Shown piece after piece: positions 49,540 to 59,106 of a stretch of DNA of 64,000 nt (position 1 is the first letter of the stretch; every line of letters starts with the position of its first letter). The stretch comes from Candidatus Planktophila sp. Its GTDB lineage: Bacteria > Actinomycetota > Actinomycetes > Nanopelagicales > Nanopelagicaceae. The DNA lies in the NCBI GenBank assembly GCA_040402315.1, contig JBBAMU010000003.1:1453-65452 (forward strand), written 5' to 3'. The translations under genes and the position numbers were made by a program. The notes beneath the pieces are model-generated. The model worked only from the letters and a program-made list of their open reading frames with translations. It was not told the origin of the DNA and made no database searches.

Positions 49540-50385
49540 CTAGAGTGCTAACGAGCCAGCAAAGGTTATCGCAAAGAGAAGTTGTAACTTACCTGTGCTC
49601 CCCAGCAGCGGAATTAGCTGGCTTCCAGTGGCTCCCTGCAGCACCTTTTTAGATATGAAATACGCCACAGGAACGGTAATGAGAGTTAAGAGAACCCAGA
49701 TATGTCCAGTCAGGGCGGCGAAGATGTAGGCAGATGCCAGCAAGAGCACAAAAAATACTCTTGAACCGCGATCGCCTAAGCGCACTGCAAGCGTGCGCTT
49801 TCCAACTAGCTCATCTTGTGCGCGGTCGCGAATGTTATTTATTGCAAGCAGTGCACATGAGAGCGATCCCATCGGAACGGAGGCGGCAAATGAAACCCAG
49901 TTGATTTCTAGAGTCTGAACGTAATAACTTCCCATCGTTGCAACAACTCCGAAGAAGATAAAGACTGACATCTCACCCAGTCCTTTATATCCATATGGAT
50001 TCTTGCCACCGGTGTAACCCCAGGCAGCAGCAATTGCTGCGACCCCCAGCAGAATGACCCACCACGATGACAGCACTGCCAAAGCAATACCGGCGATAGA
50101 TGCTGCTGCAAATGAGAGTATCGCTGCCCGCTTCACGGATTCAGCTGGTGCTAAACCTGATGCAGTTAGACGAACTGGGCCAATGCGATTGTCATCTGTT
50201 CCACGAATGCCATCTGAGTAATCATTTGAGTAATTAACTGCTACTTGAAGACAGAGGCTGACAGTCAGTGCCAGAAGTGCCTGCACTGGCTTTATATCTT
50301 CACCAGCTAAGACAGTGGCAACGAGAACAGGGGCAATTGCTGCCGGCAGTGTGCGCGGACGGGCACCTTGAATCCAAATATTAAT
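49540..50385 (-). CDS. menA: 1,4-dihydroxy-2-naphthoate polyprenyltransferase (apparent ATT start)
   Basis: WIQGARPRTLPAA N-terminal motif upstream of the tracked GTG; NDYSDG.RGTD, NNIRD..D...GKRTLAVRLG. Confidence 0.9.
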   Translation of the reverse strand: MNIWIQGARPRTLPAAIAPVLVATVLAGEDIKPVQALLALTVSLCLQVAVNYSNDYSDGIRGTDDNRIGPVRLTASGLAPAESVKRAAILSFAAASIAGIALAVLSSWWVILLGVAAIAAAWGYTGGKNPYGYKGLGEMSVFIFFGVVATMGSYYVQTLEINWVSFAASVPMGSLSCALLAINNIRDRAQDELVGKRTLAVRLGDRGSRVFFVLLLASAYIFAALTGHIWVLLTLITVPVAYFISKKVLQGATGSQLIPLLGSTGKLQLLFAITFAGSLAL

Positions 50386-51475
50386 AATTCTCCTCCAGCG
50401 CCAACTCGGCTAACTTCTTACGATCAACCTTACCGATACCAATCAGGGGTAACTCTGGCAGAGCTAAAAATCCTCTTGGTTTTGCCACAGCTCCAAATTC
50501 CTCAACTAGAAATTCTGTAATTTCCTTCTCGTTGGCTGACACATCACCGGCAATAGCAAGATGTAGCGCATCGCCCCATTCCGGATTTTTCACGCCAAAA
50601 GCGGCGAAGGTAAGTGCTGGATATCTGTTCTGTAGAAAGCGCTCAATGGCGCTGATGGAGATATTTACTCCTCCGCAGATAAGAACGTCATCGACTCTTC
50701 CTTCGACAATTAGTTTGCCATTTTCTATCTTTCCGAAATCAGAAGTGAAGAACCACCCATTGTGCATTTCTTTCGCCCACGTTGATTCAGCGTTTATGTA
50801 GCTAGTAGCCAGCACTGTTCCTTTAATTGCAATTCGGTTTTCCTCAACAATCTTTACTTCAACTCCATCCAACACCTGACCGTTATAGACGCAGCCACCA
50901 GAAGTTTCAGTCATTCCGTAGGTAGTAACAATATTGATGCCAGCAGCAATAGCTTCTTTTCTAAGCTCATCAGATAAAGCGGCGCCACCAACGAGAACAG
51001 CTTTTGCATCAACAAGATGCTTCATAAGTTTGGAATCACCTTTGAGTGCGCGAAATAAGTGTGTGGGAACAATTGCTGTGAAATCAACTTTTGGATATGG
51101 CCCTTGCTGCTTTCGGAGATCAACAGGATCAGTTCCGAGTTCGAGGCAGCGGATCAGCACATTAATGCCTGCAATATGAGTTGCTGGCAATAGCAGCGAC
51201 CAGGTATCACCATGGGATGCAGCTAAATATTTATTGGACCCTTGCGCAGAAGCAACAAGTGCTGCTGCCGAGAGCCCGACCTCTTTTGCTACCCCGGAAC
51301 TTCCGGTCGTAGCAACTACCAGGCTGATGTCACCGCTAACAAGGCTGGTAGCGCTCTGCCCAAGAGATAGCGCTGGGCCTTGTGATGCCAGAGCTGTTGC
51401 CAGGCGCGCCATTAATTCGCGCACACTCCACTCGGGATTGGCTGCGAGAAGTTCTCGTTGTGCGTTCTGCTCCAT
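50381..51475 (-). CDS. menE: o-succinylbenzoate-CoA ligase
   Basis: TTGSSG..K, YGMTET, GR.DD, GKVDR AMP-binding motifs; men cluster context. Confidence 0.87.
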   Translation of the reverse strand: MEQNAQRELLAANPEWSVRELMARLATALASQGPALSLGQSATSLVSGDISLVVATTGSSGVAKEVGLSAAALVASAQGSNKYLAASHGDTWSLLLPATHIAGINVLIRCLELGTDPVDLRKQQGPYPKVDFTAIVPTHLFRALKGDSKLMKHLVDAKAVLVGGAALSDELRKEAIAAGINIVTTYGMTETSGGCVYNGQVLDGVEVKIVEENRIAIKGTVLATSYINAESTWAKEMHNGWFFTSDFGKIENGKLIVEGRVDDVLICGGVNISISAIERFLQNRYPALTFAAFGVKNPEWGDALHLAIAGDVSANEKEITEFLVEEFGAVAKPRGFLALPELPLIGIGKVDRKKLAELALEENY

Positions 51476-51516
51476 TGCCCGCGTAGGCTATCGCTCGTAG
51501 ACCAGATGGAGGAATC

Positions 51517-52395
51517 GTGAGCAAGCCTATTAAGCGTGATTTTGGTGACCGGACTATCCCTATCTGGGCTACCGGCCCTGGTGGCGAGGCATTTTCCGAT
51601 ATTAAATATCAGGTTGCCGATGGCATTGCAAAAATCACGATCAACCGCCCAGAAGTACGAAACGCATTTCGGCCACAAACAATTATTGAATTAAAGTCAG
51701 CTTTTGATTTAGCACGTGATAACTCTGAAGTTGGAGTCATCATTCTTACCGGTCAGGGTGATGAAGCTTTCTGTTCTGGTGGGGATATCAACGTTCGTGG
51801 CGATGATGGTTATCTTGGGGATGATTCACTTTCAAAGCAAGGAGTGGGTCGCCTCAATGTTTTAGATTTGCAAGTACAGATTCGTCGCACCCCAAAACCA
51901 GTTGTTGCCATGATTGCCGGTTGGGCAATTGGTGGCGGTCACGTTCTCCATGTTGTCTGCGATCTCTCAATCGCAGCCGATAATGCAAAGTTTGGTCAGA
52001 CCGGACCACGGGTTGGCTCCTTCGATGGCGGTTATGGTTCTGGACTATTAGCTGCAAGTGTTGGCCAGAAGAAAGCGCGCGAAATTTGGTTTCTTACTCG
52101 TCAATACGATGCCCAAGAAGCGCTATCAATGGGGCTGGTTAACACCGTTGTTCCACTTAAAGAATTGGAAGCTGAGACAGTTTCCTGGTGCCGCGAGATG
52201 TTGCAGAACTCACCGATGGCACTTCGTCTAATTAAGGCATCGATGAACGCTGCCGATGATGGACTTGCCGGAGTTCAACAACTTGCAGGAGATGCAACGC
52301 TGCTCTTCTATTTATCACAAGAGGGACAAGAAGGCCGCGATGCCTATAAGGAGAAGCGCAAGCCTGACTTCGGAAAGTTCCCCAAGCGTCCGTAA
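51517..52395 (+). CDS. menB: 1,4-dihydroxy-2-naphthoyl-CoA synthase
   Basis: [33 protein letters not shown]. Confidence 0.97.
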   Translation: MSKPIKRDFGDRTIPIWATGPGGEAFSDIKYQVADGIAKITINRPEVRNAFRPQTIIELKSAFDLARDNSEVGVIILTGQGDEAFCSGGDINVRGDDGYLGDDSLSKQGVGRLNVLDLQVQIRRTPKPVVAMIAGWAIGGGHVLHVVCDLSIAADNAKFGQTGPRVGSFDGGYGSGLLAASVGQKKAREIWFLTRQYDAQEALSMGLVNTVVPLKELEAETVSWCREMLQNSPMALRLIKASMNAADDGLAGVQQLAGDATLLFYLSQEGQEGRDAYKEKRKPDFGKFPKRP

Positions 52396-52399
52396 CGAT

Positions 52400-53344
52400 A
52401 TGGATCAAAGCCTGCTCGACACCATGCGCGTAGTTGCGCTGCCTATGAAGACAAACTTTCGTGGCATAAAGGTTCGAGAAGTTGCGCTATTTAAAGGTGA
52501 ATACGGATGGGGGGAATTCTCACCATTTCTTGAATACGATTACAAAGAATCAGCCCCATGGTTGATGTGTGCAATAGAGGCGGCAACCAAGCCCCGGCCA
52601 GAGCTCTTTCGCCAATCCATCAAAGTAAATGGCACTATGCCAGCGCTTAATAATCCTAAAGATATCGAAGGCATCGTAAATTCTTTTCCTGGAGTAAATA
52701 CCTTTAAGGTAAAAGTTGGTGATAACTTAAGTGAAGATATCGCTCGCCTTACCAAAGTCAGAGCCCTACGCCCCCAAGCAAAGCTACGTATCGATGTCAA
52801 CGGTAATTGGTCGGTAGGCGAAGCAATCACCAACCTTCGTGCAATCTATGAAAAAATTGGCTCACTTGAATATGTAGAGCAACCATGTGCCACGGTCGAA
52901 GAGCTACGCGAACTGAAAGAAAAATTGCTCGTCAACATTCCTTTCGCCGGTGATGAAGTTCTACGCAAAGCCCGCGATCCATTTGCCTTCGACCTTACGG
53001 GCGCGGTTGATATCTTGATGCTCAAAGTGCAACCGTTAGGTGGCATCGAGCGAGCTCATAAACTGGCAGCGCATCACAAACTGCCTATCGTTGTATCTAG
53101 CGCGCTAGAAAGCGCAGTTGGTATCAATTACGGATTAATCCTGGCTGCATCACTTCCAGAAGTGAACTTTGACTGTGGATTAGGTACTGGCTCATTGCTC
53201 GCTACAAATATCGCTGAGTTACAAATCATTGATGGTGAGATTCAGATTGGAGAATTTGAGCCAGAATTCGGCGGTAACGAAGTGGCGCCAGAACGATATG
53301 AATGGTGGAAGAATCGGGTCATGAAGACGGCCGAGCTCTTGTGA
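52400..53344 (+). CDS. menC: o-succinylbenzoate synthase
   Basis: GEFSPF, KVKVG, RIDVNG, EQP, DE, CGLGT enolase-superfamily motifs; start set to ATG 52400. Confidence 0.92.
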   Translation: MDQSLLDTMRVVALPMKTNFRGIKVREVALFKGEYGWGEFSPFLEYDYKESAPWLMCAIEAATKPRPELFRQSIKVNGTMPALNNPKDIEGIVNSFPGVNTFKVKVGDNLSEDIARLTKVRALRPQAKLRIDVNGNWSVGEAITNLRAIYEKIGSLEYVEQPCATVEELRELKEKLLVNIPFAGDEVLRKARDPFAFDLTGAVDILMLKVQPLGGIERAHKLAAHHKLPIVVSSALESAVGINYGLILAASLPEVNFDCGLGTGSLLATNIAELQIIDGEIQIGEFEPEFGGNEVAPERYEWWKNRVMKTAELL

Positions 53345-54918
53345 TGAATGCTTCAACTCAATTAGCTCGCGTGATTGTTCGCCAAATTCTTGAAGCAGGC
53401 GTGAAAGATGTTGTCATTTCACCGGGCTCGCGTAATGCGCCGCTTTCGATAGCCTTTTATCAAGCGAGCAAGAAGGGGTTAATCAATCTTCATGTGCGCA
53501 TCGATGAGCGCACTGCCGCCTTCTTCGCACTTGGTATCGCAAAGGCATCAGGGCTACCGGTGCCCATCCTGTGCACCAGTGGAACAGCGGTAGCTAATTA
53601 CCACCCGGCAGTTCTTGAAGCATCACATACAAATACACCTTTATTAGTACTCACCGCTGATCGGCCAGCAGCACTTCGTAGAACCGGTGCCAATCAAACA
53701 ACGGAGCAGGCCCGCATCTTTGGCAAGGCAGTTCGTTACTTTGCTGATGTTTCAGGTTCGGCATATCCCATGGAACTTCCATTTAACTCACTTCATTCCG
53801 GGCCAGTGCACCTCAACATTCAATTTGAAGAGCCACTTATAGGCGACAGTGATGACTCATGGCTTGATGCGCTGAAGATTTCTCCCCCTACCGTCTTTGA
53901 CCGCAAGTCTCCTGGCACTTTTTATACCAAGTCCACCCGAGGTGTATTAGTAATCGGACATGATCGCGGTGGATTGAGTGCTGAATCAGTTATTGCGTTT
54001 TCGAAAGAACTTGGCTGGCCAGTTATCTCCGAAGATCCACTCACTTTCGAAGGCGCTATTTCACATGCCAGCGTCTTCTTGACCTCAAATACGATCTCTG
54101 AAGATCTTGCGCCAGACACAGTTGTCGTGATTGGTCGCACAACTCTCTCCCGTGCAATTAATGCTCTCATTGCGCGTGCGAGAAAAGTAATTGTGATTGA
54201 TCCGCGTTTAGCTACTGTTGATTCTGATCGAAGTGCCTCGCAGAAATTTATCCAGCTACCGGTTGTTGAGGTCCAAACACCGGATGCCGAATATGCCGAA
54301 AAGTGGAAGAAGTACTCACTTCGTGCAATGAAGCTAGTTGCTGATATTTCAACCTGGTCGGAGCAACTTGTTGCACGCGAAATTGGTTCCGCAATTCCTG
54401 AGGGAACTTCGCTCTTTATTTCTTCCTCTCGCCCCATCCGTGACATTGAAGGATTTGCAGTAGTGCGAACTGGCGTTGAAACCTTCGCTAATCGCGGCCT
54501 TGCCGGAATTGATGGCAATATCTCAACCGCCCTCGGTATCGCCTTACAGCGTGAAGCGACTATTGCCGTTCTGGGGGATCTTGGTTTTCTTCATGATCTC
54601 ACTGGGTTAATTCACCAGGAGAAGATCAATCTCAAGATTTTTGTCATCAACAATGATGGGGGAGGAATCTTCTCAACTCTAAGCCAGCGAGGTGTAGCTG
54701 GTTTTGAAGATGTATTTGGAACTCCTCATGGTCTAGATATCCCAGCAATTGCTAGTGCGATGGGAGTAACCGCAAAAGAGATTGATAATCAAGCTCAGTT
54801 GATATCGGAGATCTCCGCACCTGTGCAGGGGCTGAGTGTTGTTGTTATCAATGTTCCAGCTAGGGAATCAAACGCGGATTTCTTGCAAGGGATTTACAAG
54901 AGCATTTCATCCATGTAG
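53344..54918 (+). CDS. menD: SEPHCHC synthase (ThDP-dependent)
   Basis: SPGSRNAPL, DERTAAF, TSGTAVAN, NRGLAGIDG, GDL..LHD, NNDGGGIF. Confidence 0.96.
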   Translation: MNASTQLARVIVRQILEAGVKDVVISPGSRNAPLSIAFYQASKKGLINLHVRIDERTAAFFALGIAKASGLPVPILCTSGTAVANYHPAVLEASHTNTPLLVLTADRPAALRRTGANQTTEQARIFGKAVRYFADVSGSAYPMELPFNSLHSGPVHLNIQFEEPLIGDSDDSWLDALKISPPTVFDRKSPGTFYTKSTRGVLVIGHDRGGLSAESVIAFSKELGWPVISEDPLTFEGAISHASVFLTSNTISEDLAPDTVVVIGRTTLSRAINALIARARKVIVIDPRLATVDSDRSASQKFIQLPVVEVQTPDAEYAEKWKKYSLRAMKLVADISTWSEQLVAREIGSAIPEGTSLFISSSRPIRDIEGFAVVRTGVETFANRGLAGIDGNISTALGIALQREATIAVLGDLGFLHDLTGLIHQEKINLKIFVINNDGGGIFSTLSQRGVAGFEDVFGTPHGLDIPAIASAMGVTAKEIDNQAQLISEISAPVQGLSVVVINVPARESNADFLQGIYKSISSM

Positions 54919-56130
54919 GGCAGAGCGCATCGGAATCATCTTCGCTGCGCTCTCTTCCAGTTCTTTTTCGGGAGTAGAGGCGGCAACAATCCCGCAGCCG
55001 GCAAAGATGCGAATACTGCGATCAGTAATCTGACCTGTGCGCAGCGCGATTCCAAGTTCGCCATCACCACTGGCATCAATCCAACCCACGGGACCTGCAT
55101 AGCGCCCACGGTTCATGCCTTCAATCTCATCAATAATGTCGAATGCAATATTACGTGGTGTTCCACATACCGCTGCTGATGGATGCAGTGCTTGCAGTAG
55201 TGAGAAGGCATCGATGTGTTGTTTTGATTCAATCAGCGCGCCTGTGACATCGGTGGCTAGATGCATCACGTTAGCCAAGTGCAGCACATATGGGGACTCA
55301 GGCACATTTGTGGAAGAACAGAATGGATCAAGGGCATTGGCCACTGAACGCACTGCATACTCATGTTCCTCCAGATCTTTTGATGAACGTGCAAGGGAAG
55401 CCGCAAGTGCTAAATCTTTCTCGTCTTGGCCTGTTTTTGAAATAGTTCCGGCTAATACACGTGAAGTTACCATTCCGCGAGAAAGGCGTAAGAGGAGTTC
55501 TGGTGTTGCTCCGACTAGGCCATCGACAGCAAATATCCATGTCGTTGGATATTCAGCAGCAAGAGTTTTAAGTATGGGACGCGGATCAATCTTTGAATCC
55601 GATGTTGCAATCAGATCTCGTGCCAGCACTACCTTTTCCACAGCAGTAGTGCTTACTCGAGCAACAGCATCTGCCACTCGTTTCATCCACTCAGCCGATG
55701 ACAGACTTCCTTCGCCGAAGGTAAAAGCAGAGGGACTGGTAGGCGGTGGCGTTTCTGGCAGAGCCGGTTGTGGTTGATCGCCAATCCAAGTTATCCATGA
55801 ACTTGCACCTTTCTGCCCCACAACTACTTGCGGAATAACCAGTACAGATTCCTCATTTCTATCAAATGAAAACGATGCGAAGAGAACGGGTCCGCTGCCA
55901 CTGCCGTGGACTGAGTTGGAGACAGAAAAAGTCTCTAATTGTTGGTGCCACCAGGTGCGAGCTTTTTCAAAGCGGTCTTTTCCACTCACAACTGTGCTTG
56001 CATGCACACCCCAACCAACGAGACCTTCACCATTTCGCACCCATGAAATAGGGGCAGTCGCAGGCAACAGATCTAGAAGGGGAAGATGTTCACCAATTCG
56101 AGCTGTGGTGACCGGAATTAACTGCGGCAT
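54907..56130 (-). CDS. menF: Isochorismate synthase
   Basis: KVVLAR, GATPE, LAGT, LHPSAAVCG, RGRYAGPVG, AGCGIV. Confidence 0.9.
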   Translation of the reverse strand: MPQLIPVTTARIGEHLPLLDLLPATAPISWVRNGEGLVGWGVHASTVVSGKDRFEKARTWWHQQLETFSVSNSVHGSGSGPVLFASFSFDRNEESVLVIPQVVVGQKGASSWITWIGDQPQPALPETPPPTSPSAFTFGEGSLSSAEWMKRVADAVARVSTTAVEKVVLARDLIATSDSKIDPRPILKTLAAEYPTTWIFAVDGLVGATPELLLRLSRGMVTSRVLAGTISKTGQDEKDLALAASLARSSKDLEEHEYAVRSVANALDPFCSSTNVPESPYVLHLANVMHLATDVTGALIESKQHIDAFSLLQALHPSAAVCGTPRNIAFDIIDEIEGMNRGRYAGPVGWIDASGDGELGIALRTGQITDRSIRIFAGCGIVAASTPEKELEESAAKMIPMRSALHG

Positions 56131-56736
56131 CTATTTATTAAGTGTGCGGGAAATTCTGCGCCAAACAAGTGGCAGCGAAGTTGCAGTAATTGCAATCTTG
56201 ATTGCTTCACCGAGAATGAAGGGTGTAAAGCCGGCCGCAATTGTCTTTGCCCAAGAGAGATCAAGTGTCTGCTGCAACCAGAGTAATCCGAAGGTGAAGA
56301 TGATGGCATCGCCAAGAAGAAGTGCTGGAAATGAAGTTCTAAATTTCTGGTCTGCTTTACGATCAGCTAAATAACCGAGTACGAGGGATGCCACCAACAT
56401 GCCAACAAGGTATCCACCGGTTGCGCCAATGAGGCGATCAATTCCGTGATTGGCAGATGTGGCAGAGGGAGCGAAAATTGGTGCACCGGCAACACCGGCA
56501 AGAAGATAAGTGGCAAAGGTAAGAACTCCTAAGCGAGCGCCATAGGTAGTTCCAATAAGGAGCACGGCAAGAGTTTGGCCTGTGACAGGAACAGGAGAAC
56601 CAGGTACTGGGATTGCAATCTGGGCTAAAAGCGCGATGAAAGCTACGCCAGCCATGACAAAGAGACCTTGGGTAAGCACGGTGCTGCGTGGAAATACCGT
56701 GGCGCGCAGTGACTGAGAGTTCGATGCAAATGACAT
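56131..56736 (-). CDS. bioY: Biotin transporter BioY (solitary ECF S-component)
   Basis: PVPVTGQT, G.P.F, TGGYLVG, PFI.GE..K. Confidence 0.93.
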   Translation of the reverse strand: MSFASNSQSLRATVFPRSTVLTQGLFVMAGVAFIALLAQIAIPVPGSPVPVTGQTLAVLLIGTTYGARLGVLTFATYLLAGVAGAPIFAPSATSANHGIDRLIGATGGYLVGMLVASLVLGYLADRKADQKFRTSFPALLLGDAIIFTFGLLWLQQTLDLSWAKTIAAGFTPFILGEAIKIAITATSLPLVWRRISRTLNK

Positions 56737-56795
56737 GATGATTACCCGTTCTTTAAAAGTTGTGCCCGAAGCCTACCTTCGGGGAGAATATGTGC

Positions 56796-57485
56796 ATGTC
56801 ACGCGCCAATATGGATAAGAACCCTGATGAAGTGGCCGCGATGTTCGATGGGGTTGCCAAGCGCTATGACCTGGTCAACGACCTGCTCAGCTTGGGCCAG
56901 ACCAAAGCCTGGCGCCGGGCGACGACCAAAATCATCGCCCCAAGGGCTGGGATGAAGATTCTCGATTTAGCCGCTGGGACAGGTTCGAGCTCTGAGCCAT
57001 TGGCTGCAGGTGGCGCCGATGTGATTCCAGCGGATTTTAGTGAGGGGATGTTGGCCGCCGGCCGCAAAGCCCGCCCGCACCTAGCCTTCACCAAGGCCGA
57101 TGCCCTAAACCTTCCCTTCAAAGATGGCGAATTTGATTCTGTGACCATCTCCTTTGGCCTTCGCAATACCGCTGATATCGACCTGGCCTTGGCCCAGATG
57201 CTGCGGGTGACCAAGCCCGGCGGGCAATTGGTCGTATGCGAGTTCTCCAGCCCAACCTTTGCCCCCTTTCGCAAGATCTATACCAACTACCTGATGCGGG
57301 CACTTCCCTGGGTGGCCGGGCGAACCTCATCCAACCCCGATGCCTATATCTACCTGGCCGAATCGATTAGGGCCTGGCCAGATCAGAAGGCGCTCGCAGC
57401 CAAGATTGAAGCGGCCGGCTGGAGTCGGGTCACCTGGAAGAACCTGACTGGCGGAGTTGTCGCAGTTCACAAGGCGTTCAAGTAA
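56796..57485 (+). CDS. menG: Demethylmenaquinone methyltransferase
   Basis: [35 protein letters not shown]. Confidence 0.94.
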   Translation: MSRANMDKNPDEVAAMFDGVAKRYDLVNDLLSLGQTKAWRRATTKIIAPRAGMKILDLAAGTGSSSEPLAAGGADVIPADFSEGMLAAGRKARPHLAFTKADALNLPFKDGEFDSVTISFGLRNTADIDLALAQMLRVTKPGGQLVVCEFSSPTFAPFRKIYTNYLMRALPWVAGRTSSNPDAYIYLAESIRAWPDQKALAAKIEAAGWSRVTWKNLTGGVVAVHKAFK

Positions 57486-57528
57486 TTCCAGTTTTTTGCC
57501 ACGCTGGATTGCACTTAGGATTGCGCTC

Positions 57529-57894
57529 GTGAGCGGCAATCCATATATTCCAATAATCGTAATTTTCGCGATTGGCTTTGGCTTTGCCGCCTTTTCGGTG
57601 GCAATCGCCGCCGTAACAGGGCCGGCTCGCTACAACCGCGCCAAGCAAATGGCGTATGAATGTGGAATCGAACCTTCTCCGCAAGCTCTGCAAGGTGGGC
57701 GGTTTCCGGTCAAGTACTTTCTTACCGCGATGCTCTTCATCATCTTTGATATAGAAATTGTCTTTCTCTACCCATGGGCGGTGGCCTTTGATCAACTTGG
57801 GTTATTTGGATTAGTTGAGATGGCTATCTTTATCGGAACAGTTTTTGTGGCATATGCCTATGTGTGGCGCCGTGGCGGATTGGAATGGGATTAA
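57529..57894 (+). CDS. nuoA: NADH-quinone oxidoreductase subunit A
   Basis: YECGIEP, FIIFDIE.VFLYPWA; start set to GTG 57529. Confidence 0.95.
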   Translation: MSGNPYIPIIVIFAIGFGFAAFSVAIAAVTGPARYNRAKQMAYECGIEPSPQALQGGRFPVKYFLTAMLFIIFDIEIVFLYPWAVAFDQLGLFGLVEMAIFIGTVFVAYAYVWRRGGLEWD

Positions 57895-57897
57895 ATC

Positions 57898-58470
57898 GTG
57901 GGACTAGAAGATAAATTACCAAGTGGAGTTTTACTTTCCACTGTTGAAGGACTTGCCGGCTACATGCGCAAGAGTTCACTCTGGCCCGCAACATTTGGGC
58001 TGGCATGTTGCGCCATTGAAATGATGGCACTTGGTTCTGCGCCAAAGCATGATATTTCTCGTTTTGGCATGGAACGCTTTTCGGCTTCTCCTCGTCAAGC
58101 AGATCTTATGATTGTTGCTGGTCGCGTTTCGCAGAAGATGGCGCCAGTGCTGCGCCAGATTTATGATCAAATGACAGCGCCAAAGTGGGTTATTTCCATG
58201 GGTGCATGCGCATCCTCTGGTGGAATGTTTAACAACTATGCAATTGTGCAAGGCGTTGACCACATTGTTCCTGTTGATATTTATCTTCCAGGATGCCCAC
58301 CGCGTCCAGAACAGTTGATGGATGCAATCATCAAGCTGCACACTCTTATTGGCGATACCAAGCTCGGTCCTAATCGGGAAGCGGTCATTAAAGAGGTAGA
58401 ACTTGCAGCCATGAATGCGCTACCTACCCATCAATTAGGCAACTTCGAGATGAAGGGTTTGCTCGCCTAA
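57898..58470 (+). CDS. nuoB: NADH-quinone oxidoreductase subunit B
   Basis: [22 protein letters not shown]. Confidence 0.97.
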   Translation: MGLEDKLPSGVLLSTVEGLAGYMRKSSLWPATFGLACCAIEMMALGSAPKHDISRFGMERFSASPRQADLMIVAGRVSQKMAPVLRQIYDQMTAPKWVISMGACASSGGMFNNYAIVQGVDHIVPVDIYLPGCPPRPEQLMDAIIKLHTLIGDTKLGPNREAVIKEVELAAMNALPTHQLGNFEMKGLLA

Positions 58471-59106
58471 ATGACTCAAGAACAGAACGGGATGTTCGGC
58501 GCTGCCGGAACTGGAGATACCTCGGGTTACGGCGGACTTGTTCGCACCGCGGTGGCGACTGGATCCACCGAGCGCCCATACGGCGGATATTTTGACGATG
58601 TCGCCGATGATTTAGAGCGCGCATATCCTGACTTTGCCGATGCAATTACTCGCATTGTTGTAGATCGCGGCGAGCTCACCTTGCACATTAAAAAATCACG
58701 TTTACTTGAGGTTGCATTTATCTTGCGCGATAAGTTGAAGTTTGAAATGTGTCTGGGAGTTTCGGGCGTGCACTACCTAGATCGCACAGGTGCTGAACTC
58801 GTTGCGCTCTATCCATTGCTGTCGATGACTAAGAACCAACGTATTCGCCTGGAAGTAGCAACATCAGATTTAGATCCACACATTCCATCAGTTGTTGAAG
58901 TGTGGGCTGGAAATAATTGGCATGAGCGCGAAGCGTTCGACATGTTCGGAATTATTTTTGATGGACACCCTGGGCTTACTCGTATTTTGATGCCTGATGA
59001 TTGGGATGGACATCCGCAGCGCAAAGATTACCCATTGGGTGGAATCGCAGTTGAGTACAAGGGTGCAACAACGCCAGCGCCATCACAACGCAGGAGCTAC
59101 CAGTGA
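58471..59106 (+). CDS. nuoC: NADH-quinone oxidoreductase subunit C
   Basis: [23 protein letters not shown]. Confidence 0.96.
   Translation: MTQEQNGMFGAAGTGDTSGYGGLVRTAVATGSTERPYGGYFDDVADDLERAYPDFADAITRIVVDRGELTLHIKKSRLLEVAFILRDKLKFEMCLGVSGVHYLDRTGAELVALYPLLSMTKNQRIRLEVATSDLDPHIPSVVEVWAGNNWHEREAFDMFGIIFDGHPGLTRILMPDDWDGHPQRKDYPLGGIAVEYKGATTPAPSQRRSYQ

Noticed and set aside
53922-55777. Long antisense ORFs (198 aa and 220 aa; also 25840-26433, 27505-28023, 24260-24763)
   Set aside because: They lie opposite well-supported genes and have no recognisable motifs
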